From assembly GCF_019464535.1 (NCBI RefSeq), contig NZ_CP080507.1:4080001-4112000 (forward strand): a DNA stretch of 32,000 nucleotides. Direction: 5' to 3'. The number at the start of each line of letters is the position of its first letter. Positions within the stretch are counted from its first letter, which is position 1. The DNA comes from Horticoccus luteus (GTDB lineage Bacteria; Verrucomicrobiota; Verrucomicrobiia; Opitutales; Opitutaceae). Shown piece by piece: positions 20,076-28,093 of this stretch. The notes beneath the pieces are model-generated. The model saw only the letters and a program-made list of their open reading frames with translations. It ran no database searches and was not told where the DNA came from. A program made the translations under genes and the position numbers.

Positions 20076-21665
20076 ATGCCCCGCCCCCTCCACCTTCCAG
20101 CCTTAGTCGTTGCTCTGTCGCTTGGCCTCGCGCTGACCTCGTGTCAAAAAAAGGAGTCCTCTTCCGGCAACACGCCGGATGCCGCGGCCGCCGCTCGCGT
20201 GGCAACGCCTCAACCCGCCACCGTCGAAATTGTGCCGCCAAAGGAGCGCAGCCCGAGCTTCCTTGCGGTTCAAAAACAGCTTGAGCTCGGCGGCACGCTC
20301 TATGGCTACGTGGACGTCGACGGCGACGCGCTAAAAGTCGCCCGCAGCTTCAAGGACATCATGACGGAGGTGGCCGCCGCCCAGCCGAACCTGCGTTCCT
20401 TCGCGCAACACGACTACGCCGCGATCGCGACGAAGCTCGGCCTGGCCGACGTCAAAGCCATGGGTCTCAGTTCGGTGCCCGACGGCACCGGCTTCTTCCG
20501 CAACCGCCTGTTTCTCTATACGCCCGAAGGCCGTCACGGGTTGCTCGCCGGACTGGGCGGCAAGCCCGCGCCCTTCACCCACCTGAACCTCGCGCCGGCG
20601 AATACCGCCGTCTATTCTGAAGCGGATCTCGATATCGCGGCTGTTTACCAGACCGTGAAAGACGTTGTCGCCGAAGTCGCCGGCGAGCCCGCCAGCAACA
20701 AAATGGAAGCGGCCATCAAGCACGCCAGTGACTCCGCCAAACTCTCGCTGCTCGACCTCATCTACGGCCTGAAGGGCCACAGTGCCATGGTTCTCTGCAT
20801 CGATTCGGTGAAGACCATGCAGATGCCTCCGCCAGCGAGCATCACCCTGCCGGCGTTCTCCCTGCTCGTCTGCGTCGACGGCGTGGGGCCGGTCGTTGAA
20901 AGCGCGCTTGCGCAGGAAGCCGGTTTCCAACGGACCGACGAAGGCGCGTTTCATGTTTATACCAGCGCCAAGCCGGTTGCCGGTTTCGGCTGGACACCCG
21001 TCTTTGTCGTCGATGGCCGCGATCTGTACTTCGCCACCTCCCGCGCGTTTTACGACGAGTGCCGCGCCCAAAAAACCGGGCTGGCGCAACAACCGGAATT
21101 TCAACAGGCCCTCGACCACGTCGGTCACGAGGGCAACGGGCTGTCCTACGTCACGCCGCAATTCTTTGACCACCTGAAGCGCATCGAAAAACTCAACCCG
21201 ACGCTGCCGCCGCCGCTCAAGCAACTGATCACGATGATCATCTCCCGGCTGCCGACGCCTGACCAACCTCTGGTCGGCATTCGCACGAACCTGCCCGACG
21301 GCATCCTCGTGCGTTCCTATATGAACCGCTCGTTCAAACAGGATCTCGCCATGGTTTCTGTCTATAACCCCGTCACGATCGGCCTGATGAGCGCGATGGC
21401 CATTCCTGCATTTCAGAAAGTCCGCACGTCTTCGCAACAAAAGGCGGTGCTCAACAACCTTCGCCAGCTCTCCGCGGCCGCTGACCAATATTATTTGGAA
21501 AACGGGGTCTCCACGACCACGTATGACGAAATCGTCGGCGAAAAGCGTTATATCAAAAAGATCATTCCGGTGATGGGCGAAAATTATCGCGAAATCCGCC
21601 TCGAAGCCGGCCTGCCTCTCCGCATCCGCCTCCCCGACGGCCGCATGGTCGAATACGGGCCCTAA
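20076..21665 (+). CDS. lipoprotein of unknown function with embedded C-terminal pseudopilin-like module
   Basis: ORF 19908..21665. I chose the ATG at 20076, which gives a lipoprotein signal peptide with a lipobox (MPRPLHLPALVVALSLGLALTSC). The last ~104 aa (VTIGLMSAMAIPAFQKVRTSSQQKAVLNNLRQLSAAADQYYLENG...) resemble PVC-type pseudopilins. Confidence 0.7.
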   Translation: MPRPLHLPALVVALSLGLALTSCQKKESSSGNTPDAAAAARVATPQPATVEIVPPKERSPSFLAVQKQLELGGTLYGYVDVDGDALKVARSFKDIMTEVAAAQPNLRSFAQHDYAAIATKLGLADVKAMGLSSVPDGTGFFRNRLFLYTPEGRHGLLAGLGGKPAPFTHLNLAPANTAVYSEADLDIAAVYQTVKDVVAEVAGEPASNKMEAAIKHASDSAKLSLLDLIYGLKGHSAMVLCIDSVKTMQMPPPASITLPAFSLLVCVDGVGPVVESALAQEAGFQRTDEGAFHVYTSAKPVAGFGWTPVFVVDGRDLYFATSRAFYDECRAQKTGLAQQPEFQQALDHVGHEGNGLSYVTPQFFDHLKRIEKLNPTLPPPLKQLITMIISRLPTPDQPLVGIRTNLPDGILVRSYMNRSFKQDLAMVSVYNPVTIGLMSAMAIPAFQKVRTSSQQKAVLNNLRQLSAAADQYYLENGVSTTTYDEIVGEKRYIKKIIPVMGENYREIRLEAGLPLRIRLPDGRMVEYGP

Positions 21666-21868
21666 AACCGCCCGTCGCCCCCGTCTCCGGCGCCGCCCGT
21701 CTTGTATCCCGCGGGGACGCCACTGCGGGCGGTGAGTGGCGCGCTCAAGATTTTCCGGCGCGCGGCGACGCCGGGAAGCGAAGCGCACAGGCTGGCGGTC
21801 GTCATCCGCTGACCTTCGACCTGGTCTGCGTCGTTCGCGCCGTGGACCGGCAAAATCACCCGCGTCCG

Positions 21869-21891
21869 AACCCGCCGCGGCGGGTTGTTTT
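21869..21891 (+). terminator. terminator-like or attenuator-like hairpin in the long spacer upstream of the 979-aa gene
   Basis: AACCCGCCGCGGCGGGTT is self-complementary (about 6-7 bp stem) and is followed by GTTTT. It lies 200 nt after the lipoprotein stop codon and 88 nt before the next start codon. Confidence 0.3.
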
Positions 21892-21978
21892 CGCCCAACG
21901 TCGCAGCCCGTCGATGCCTGGCTGGCGAGCGGAATCATTGGAATTGAAGAGCGAAAAGCGCCCGACCAGCTTCGCGCG

Positions 21979-24918
21979 ATGGTCTCTTCCGACGACGCCA
22001 AAGCTCCTCATCCTGCCTCGCAGACGCCCTCGAGCGGCGCGCTTCCGGCGCTCGATCTCTCGGCCGCCGCGATCGCGCAGCGCTATCGGGCCCGCCGCGA
22101 GTTCATCCTGAGCGAAGCCGTCGCCGCCGTGGTGCCGGGCGATCCCACGCGGGGGAGCAAATTCGATATCGCCGCGTGTTTCCACCGGGGCGAAAAGCGC
22201 GAGGCCGCCCTGGCCCGGCTCGAAGTTCTCGACCGTGCGACGCCCTCCGCGAACATGTTTTGGGCGTATCCCACGGTGACCGTAATGCTGGCCGGCCAGC
22301 AGGCGCTCGATGCGAAGAGTCGCGACCGCATGACCGAATTGTGGCGCACGTATTGGCCGAGCCGGGGCGACACCGAGAACCACTGGCTGCTCAGCTATGC
22401 GAGTTATTATCTCGTGGCGCAAACCCACCCCGACGCGGGACCGGAGTGTTGGTTCAACGGCCGGTCTTCCGCCGAGAATCTGGCCGAAGCCAAAAACTAT
22501 ATAGAACACTGGATCGGCGTCACGACCAGCTACGGGCAGGGAGAATACGATTCTCCCAACTACATCGAGGAATACGCCGTCGGGCTCGCGCTGCTTGCGG
22601 GCTGGGCGCAGGATAAGGCGTTCCGCGACCGTGCGAAGCAGATGCTCGACTATATTTTCTATGATTATGCGGCGGAGACGCTGGACGGGCTTTATGGCGG
22701 GGCGCACAGTCGCGTGTATCCGCGCCATATCATGGCTCCGGGCCGCACCGCGGCGGCCGCCCTCGGCTGGTTGTTGTTTGGCCTGGGCGAGTATGAGCCC
22801 AGCGAGCGACAGGTGACGCGCCATCAACTGCGCGACGAACTGCCGGAGCGCGGCGCCAAATTGATCGCCCTCAGCGGCTACGAGCCGCCGCCGATCTTGG
22901 AACGCATCGCCCGCGAGCGCGCGCAGCCTTATGTCGAACGGGAGCGCAAGCGCACCCGCTGGCGGATGCGGCATGCGGGGCCGGATTCCTTCGTGATCGG
23001 CGACAAGCGCACCGTGCCGGTGTATAAATACAGCTACGTTGACCCTGACTTCATCCTGGGTTCGTCCCAAGGCGGCCTGCTGCAACCGATCCAGCAGCAA
23101 ACGTGGGGACTGATCTGGCGCACGGAAAACGCCGTGATGCGGTGTCCTTCGTTTTTCGGCGTGCAGCCGTATGCTTCGTCGGTTGAGGGCAGCATGTATT
23201 TCCCCGTCGATCCCGCCGTGGTCACCGATTTGATCACGCGCTCGAAGGCGGACTACGACTCACCAGACAAACTCGCCAGCGGTTCACCGTATGAGCAGGT
23301 CGTGCAAAGCGGCCGGGCGCTCATCGCGCTGCAGGACATTCCCGCCTCGGCACTCTTTCACCACATCACGCTTTTTTTCTCCCGTGATTTGGAGCACACC
23401 GTCGAGGATTCGTCCGGTTGGATCTTCACGCAAGGCGGCCCCGTCTACCTTGCCTGCCGACCCTTCGTTCAAGGCCAATGGCGTCCGAACGACTGGACCG
23501 GTTTTCTCAGCGGAGGCGCTGGCGGTATTCTCGTCAGCGGCGATTTCGAGGAGTGGGGCGTAGGGCACCGCTGCTACGTCAGCGAGGCGCATCAAAACGG
23601 CTACATCGTGCAAGTCGCCGCCACACGCGACTTCTCGTCGTTCGCGGCGTTTCAAGACGCCGTGCGCGGGCTGGCGCTGACCTTTTCGCTGTCGCCGACG
23701 CCGGCGGCCACGTTCACCGCTTTGGACGGCACGAAGCTCCAGGTCCGCTATGGCGACACGCCGCACGTGAACGGCGCGCCAGTGGACTACGCCAACTGGC
23801 CGCTCTTCGACAGCCCCTTCGGCCACGCCGCGGTCGGCAGTCGACAGCTCTCTCTCCAGCACGGCGGTGAGACCCAGTTGCTCGATTTTCAAAATCGTCC
23901 CCGTGAGTCTGTCGTCCCGGCTTTGCCACCGGTCCCCGCCGACTCCGCTGCGTCCACCCGGCCGGCGTTCTACGCGGCGTTGACCATGACGAAGGCGCAG
24001 CAGAACACCGCGACGCCGTCCGACTCGGGCTTGTATGAGCGGTTGCCCTCGGGCGAATGGGTGCTCACCGGACCGCGCATTCTCGGCGTGGCGACGCTGG
24101 CGCTCCATCCCACGAACCCAGCCATTCAGTTGATCGCCTCAGCCGACGGCGTGGTCCGCACGGTCGATCACGGCCGGACTTGGCGCAAGACCACCGGTTG
24201 GGAGGTCGCCGACGTGAGGGCCATCGAATTCGACGCGGGCAATCCCGATCTCGTCTACGCTGCCACCATGTGGAGCCCCTTGCGCTCGGTGGATGCCGGA
24301 CAGACTTGGACGTGCACGCAACGCGGGTTGGACCGACTCTATGGCCAGACGTTGATCGCGGACCGACAACAACCAGGACGCGTGTTAATGGGTATGGAGG
24401 AAGGGCTCTACGCCTCGGTCGACGCCGCGCTGACGTGGCAGCGGCTCAACTTTCCCACCGTCACGATTACGCGTCTGCGGCAAAGTCCTGTGCAACCGCA
24501 ACGGTTGCTCGCCGCCACGCTCGTCCAGGGCGCCTGGCTTTCCACTGATGCAGGGGAGACGTGGAAACCCACGGACCCCGCCACGGCGACCGCGCAACTC
24601 TACGCCGCCGCACTGGATTCGCACGATCCCGCCTTGATGGCGATCGGCGGCTGGGGAGCCGGTGTGCGAGTCTCCGGCGACGCGGGCCAAACCTGGGTGG
24701 ACCGCAGCGCAGGTCTGCCTAACCTGAATGTGTTCGTCCTCGCGTTCGATCCGCAGCATCCCGCCCGTTTGTGGGCCTCGACGTTTGAGGAAGGCTCGTT
24801 CTACAGCGATGACCGCGGGCAGACTTGGCAGAATGGCGGACTCTACGGCGCGTATGGCGCGGATTTCGTCTTCGGCCGCGTCGCGACAACTCCGGCGAGC
24901 GCCCATTCGTCCTCGTAA
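21979..24918 (+). CDS. large two-part protein: N-terminal alpha-helical domain of unrecognised family plus C-terminal Asp-box (BNR/sialidase-like) beta-propeller
   Basis: ORF 21736..24918. I chose the ATG at 21979 because the upstream in-frame part is Arg-rich junk. Six Asp-boxes are visible: [35 protein letters not shown] and DDRGQTW. Confidence 0.7.
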   Translation: MVSSDDAKAPHPASQTPSSGALPALDLSAAAIAQRYRARREFILSEAVAAVVPGDPTRGSKFDIAACFHRGEKREAALARLEVLDRATPSANMFWAYPTVTVMLAGQQALDAKSRDRMTELWRTYWPSRGDTENHWLLSYASYYLVAQTHPDAGPECWFNGRSSAENLAEAKNYIEHWIGVTTSYGQGEYDSPNYIEEYAVGLALLAGWAQDKAFRDRAKQMLDYIFYDYAAETLDGLYGGAHSRVYPRHIMAPGRTAAAALGWLLFGLGEYEPSERQVTRHQLRDELPERGAKLIALSGYEPPPILERIARERAQPYVERERKRTRWRMRHAGPDSFVIGDKRTVPVYKYSYVDPDFILGSSQGGLLQPIQQQTWGLIWRTENAVMRCPSFFGVQPYASSVEGSMYFPVDPAVVTDLITRSKADYDSPDKLASGSPYEQVVQSGRALIALQDIPASALFHHITLFFSRDLEHTVEDSSGWIFTQGGPVYLACRPFVQGQWRPNDWTGFLSGGAGGILVSGDFEEWGVGHRCYVSEAHQNGYIVQVAATRDFSSFAAFQDAVRGLALTFSLSPTPAATFTALDGTKLQVRYGDTPHVNGAPVDYANWPLFDSPFGHAAVGSRQLSLQHGGETQLLDFQNRPRESVVPALPPVPADSAASTRPAFYAALTMTKAQQNTATPSDSGLYERLPSGEWVLTGPRILGVATLALHPTNPAIQLIASADGVVRTVDHGRTWRKTTGWEVADVRAIEFDAGNPDLVYAATMWSPLRSVDAGQTWTCTQRGLDRLYGQTLIADRQQPGRVLMGMEEGLYASVDAALTWQRLNFPTVTITRLRQSPVQPQRLLAATLVQGAWLSTDAGETWKPTDPATATAQLYAAALDSHDPALMAIGGWGAGVRVSGDAGQTWVDRSAGLPNLNVFVLAFDPQHPARLWASTFEEGSFYSDDRGQTWQNGGLYGAYGADFVFGRVATTPASAHSSS

Positions 24919-25006
24919 ACGCAGGTCCGGTGCGACCGATCTTTCCAACGGTTTTTTCTTAAAAGCCGTCTGGCCACCTCACGCGCCACGCTTACCGTTT
25001 CGTCCC

Positions 25007-25372
25007 ATGTTTGAAATCTCGGGCACCATCAAAAAAATCTTCGACGAGCAGACCTTCGGCAGCGGCTTCAACAAGCGCGAGTTCGTGGTGACTGTTCCCG
25101 ACGGACGCTTTCCGCAGGACCTCAAATTCGAAACCGTGAAGGACAAAGTCGCCCTCGTGGGCGCGCTCAAGGTCGGCGAAAAAGTGAAAGTCTCCTTCGA
25201 CATCCGCGGTCGCGAGTGGAAGGAAAACTATTACGTCAACTTGAACGCGTGGAAGATCGAGTCGCTGGACACGGGCGGCCGGGGCCCGGCGTCAACAGAC
25301 GACGGTCCGCCATTGAGTGAACCCGAGCCGGGAGCCGGCAGCATGGATCTTGATGAAGATCCGCCGTTTTGA
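25007..25372 (+). CDS. DUF3127-type OB-fold protein with SSB-like disordered linker and acidic C-terminal tip
   Basis: ORF 24728..25372. I chose the ATG at 25007. The core, [28 protein letters not shown]...[26 protein letters not shown], matches my memory of the DUF3127 family. The C-terminus is Gly/Pro-rich and ends in MDLDEDPPF. Confidence 0.75.
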   Translation: MFEISGTIKKIFDEQTFGSGFNKREFVVTVPDGRFPQDLKFETVKDKVALVGALKVGEKVKVSFDIRGREWKENYYVNLNAWKIESLDTGGRGPASTDDGPPLSEPEPGAGSMDLDEDPPF

Positions 25373-25485
25373 TGCAGCGAACCGCTTGAGTCCGCCAACG
25401 CGCAGCGCAAGCGCCACTTGACGTCTATAGACGCAGAGTCACGCGCGAGAAACATGGTGCCGCAGAGTAACCCAACAACTCCGGA

Positions 25486-25602
25486 CTAACGGTCACCTAT
25501 CACGGTCGTAATATCGTTTTCCAGGAGCGCGGAGAGCGTCTGACTGATGGCGAGGGCGGTTTGCGAGGTGATGCATATACTACAAAGCCAGACTCCTTTC
25601 AT
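25486..25602 (-). CDS. candidate small ORF (38 aa; 56 aa if started at the ATG at 25656) in a lower-GC spacer
   Basis: The minus strand reads AAGGACACACGGAGGCACG-ATG, with a GGAGG Shine-Dalgarno 4 nt before the ATG at 25602. The product is MKGVWLCSICITSQTALAISQTLSALLENDITTVIGDR, ending at the TAG at 25486..25488. It is below the ORF-track length cutoff. Coding status is unproven. Confidence 0.2.
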   Translation of the reverse strand: MKGVWLCSICITSQTALAISQTLSALLENDITTVIGDR

Positions 25603-25686
25603 CGTGCCTCCGTGTGTCCTTTCTCGCAGGCGGATTTTCGGGTGGCGATTGCTCATGATCACGTCAGCGGGGTCGCCTTATCTTTC

Positions 25687-27108
25687 TCATCCAGCGATGT
25701 TCCGCAGCGTAATCACGCACTCCAGATGCCGCGTCTGCGGGAAGAGATCGAATGGCTGCACGGCCGTGAGCATGTAGCCAGCCGCGAGAAATTGTTTCAG
25801 ATCCCGCATCTGCGTCGCCGGATCGCACGAAACGTAAACCACCGCGCGCGGCCCAAAGGCGAAAAGCTGCTGCAGAAACGCTTCGTCGCAGCCCTTCCGC
25901 GGCGGGTCGATGATCACCGCGGTCTCCGTCGCCGGGAAATCCAAACCCGCAAAAATCGCCGCTGCGTCCGCCGCCAGAAAATTGGCGTTGGTGATATGGT
26001 TCGCCGCCGCGTTCTTGCGCGCAAAATCGATACTCGTCGCGCTCAATTCCACGCCGGCCACGCGCTCGAAGGCCGGCGCCGCCGCCAGCGCGAACAGCCC
26101 GCTCCCGCAATACGCATCCACCAGAAACCGCGCGCCGGTTGCTGCGGCCTGCGCACTCACATACGCCGCGAAGGCCGGCAGAATAAACGGGTTGTTCTGA
26201 AAGAAATCGCGCGCGAGAAACTGCAGCCGCAGCGTGCGCGTTCCCCCGCGCTTGTCTTCGCCCTCGCGGCCCGGTCCGACCGGAAGTTCGATCGTCTCCG
26301 TGATCACCGCTTCGTAATTCGTCGTCACCGCGCCGCTCGCTTCGCGCAAGAGCAGCGTCGCCCCGCGCGTGAAGGCGCCCTCCGTCGCCCGCGCGCGCAC
26401 CTCCGCGCGCACCTCCGTCAGGCGCGCGTTGATCGCGGGCGTGGCAATCGGGCATTGCGGCACGTCCACGATCTCGAACCGCGTTCCTTGTCGCAAAAAA
26501 CCGATTGGCAACGCCGGTGCGTTCGTCGTCGCCGGGGCCGTCGCCGTCCCTCCGTTCGCCGCCCCGCTATCCGGCACGGCTCCCGGCACGGTCGTTTCCT
26601 GCTTCGCCGCGGTGGTCGCAGGCTGCGTCATTGCCGCCCGCGGCGCCGCGAAGTGCGGCGTAATTTTCGAACGGTAACCAAACTCGCGCGGCGAGCCGAT
26701 CACGGCCGCCACGGGAAACGTCACCCCCACCATGTGCTGCAACAACTCCTCCACTTGCCGGCGCTTCCACGCGAGCTGTTCGGCGTAGCTGAGATGCTGA
26801 TATTGGCACCCGCCGCAGCGCCCGAACAGCGGACACGACGCCGCGATCCGGTGCGGCGAAGGTGTGAGCACCGTCACAAGATCCGCCTCCGAGAAATTCT
26901 TGTGATTGCGAAACACCCGCGCGCGCACGCGTTCGCCCGGCAGCGTAAACGGCACCATCACCACCCACAGGGTTTCGGCGGCGCCGTCCGTCGCGCGCAG
27001 CGGCATGCGCCCGAGGCCCGCGCCGAGATTCGTCAGCGTCGTGATCTCCAGTTCGATCTCCGCGTGATACGCGAAGGGCTGGTCGTTGAACCGTTTCTTT
27101 TTCCCCAC
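25687..27108 (-). CDS. RNA (uracil-5)-methyltransferase, RumA/TrmA (RlmD-like) family with TRAM domain and 4Fe-4S ligands
   Basis: This is the 3-prime part of the 877-aa ORF 25687..28320. I chose the GTG at 27108 (MGKKKRFNDQPFAYHAEIELEITTLTNLGAGLGR, a TRAM domain), because the upstream part is antisense to the TrmH-like gene. Also present are the cluster cysteines (CPLFGRCGGCQYQH plus VPQCPI), the SAM motif (VDAYCGSGLFAL) and the catalytic segment (VVYVSCDPAT). Confidence 0.8.
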   Translation of the reverse strand: MGKKKRFNDQPFAYHAEIELEITTLTNLGAGLGRMPLRATDGAAETLWVVMVPFTLPGERVRARVFRNHKNFSEADLVTVLTPSPHRIAASCPLFGRCGGCQYQHLSYAEQLAWKRRQVEELLQHMVGVTFPVAAVIGSPREFGYRSKITPHFAAPRAAMTQPATTAAKQETTVPGAVPDSGAANGGTATAPATTNAPALPIGFLRQGTRFEIVDVPQCPIATPAINARLTEVRAEVRARATEGAFTRGATLLLREASGAVTTNYEAVITETIELPVGPGREGEDKRGGTRTLRLQFLARDFFQNNPFILPAFAAYVSAQAAATGARFLVDAYCGSGLFALAAAPAFERVAGVELSATSIDFARKNAAANHITNANFLAADAAAIFAGLDFPATETAVIIDPPRKGCDEAFLQQLFAFGPRAVVYVSCDPATQMRDLKQFLAAGYMLTAVQPFDLFPQTRHLECVITLRNIAG

Positions 27109-27192
27109 GCCCTGAGGAAACACACGCCGCCCGCAAAACGAAGCCGGATTTTTCGCCGTGCCCTCCGCCGGCCGCGCGTTCAAACCAAGCGC

Positions 27193-27999
27193 ATGCCCGT
27201 CGAGAAGATCACCAGCCTCCAAAACCCGCGCGTGAAACAGCTCGTAAAGCTGCGCGACCGGCGCCCGCGCGATGAGGCCGGCGTGTTTCTCGTCGAAGGC
27301 TATCGGCAGATTCGCCGCGCGCTGGAGAAAAACATCGCGCTCACTGAACTCTACTTCTCCCCCGATTGGTTTCTCGGCGAAAATGAACTCGCGCTCATCG
27401 CGCAAGCCGAAGCTGCCGGCGCCCAAACCTTCGAGCTCGCCAAGGACGCGTTCGCCAAAGTCGCGTATCGTGAACGCCCCGACGGCCTCCTCGCCGTCGC
27501 TCCGCAATGGCGCCGCACCCTCAACGACGTGCCCTCCGGCCCCGCGCCCTTTCTTCTCGTCGTGGAAGCCATCGAGAAACCGGGCAACCTCGGCACCATT
27601 CTGCGCAGCGCCGACGCCGCCGGGTGCGACGCCGTGATCGTGTGCGATCCAGTCACCGATGTTTTCAACCCCAACGTTGTGCGCGCCTCGACCGGCGTGC
27701 TTTTTTCCGTGCCCGTGATCATCGCCGACAGTGAGGCCGTGCACGCGTGGCTGCGCGCCCGGGGCATTCGCGCGGTCGCCACCACGCCTGCCGCCACCGC
27801 ACTTTACTCTGACACCGATCTGCGCGGCCCGCTCGCGATCGTCATGGGCAGCGAGCAATACGGACTCAGCGAATTCTGGCTGCAACAAGCCGATGCCACC
27901 GTGCGTATCCCCATGGCCGGCCAGGCCGATTCGCTCAACGTCGCCATGGCGACAATTATCACGCTGTTCGAAGCCGTGCGCCAACGCGCCGGGCGCTGA
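27193..27999 (+). CDS. TrmH/SpoU family RNA 2-prime-O-methyltransferase (RlmB-like)
   Basis: ATG at 27193 inside ORF 25561..27999 (MPVEKITSLQNPRVKQLVKL). SPOUT motifs seen: EKPGNLGTILRSADAAG, AIVMGSEQYGLS and IPMAGQADSLNVAMA. Confidence 0.8.
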   Translation: MPVEKITSLQNPRVKQLVKLRDRRPRDEAGVFLVEGYRQIRRALEKNIALTELYFSPDWFLGENELALIAQAEAAGAQTFELAKDAFAKVAYRERPDGLLAVAPQWRRTLNDVPSGPAPFLLVVEAIEKPGNLGTILRSADAAGCDAVIVCDPVTDVFNPNVVRASTGVLFSVPVIIADSEAVHAWLRARGIRAVATTPAATALYSDTDLRGPLAIVMGSEQYGLSEFWLQQADATVRIPMAGQADSLNVAMATIITLFEAVRQRAGR

Positions 28000-28093
28000 G
28001 AGGCATCTCCCGCCCGCCGAACCGCGGCCGCTGTGGTCATGCGACGCCGCGCACCGTAAGCGCCTGCCGCTGGCCGTGCGCGCGAAGCGCGCG

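Noticed and set aside
26393-26416. Perfect 12-bp tandem duplication (GCGCGCACCTCC x2) inside the RumA-like gene. It encodes EVRA-EVRA.
   Set aside because: It is in-frame, tiny, and located in a GC-rich helix-coding segment. Replication slippage with no evident functional meaning is the most likely explanation.
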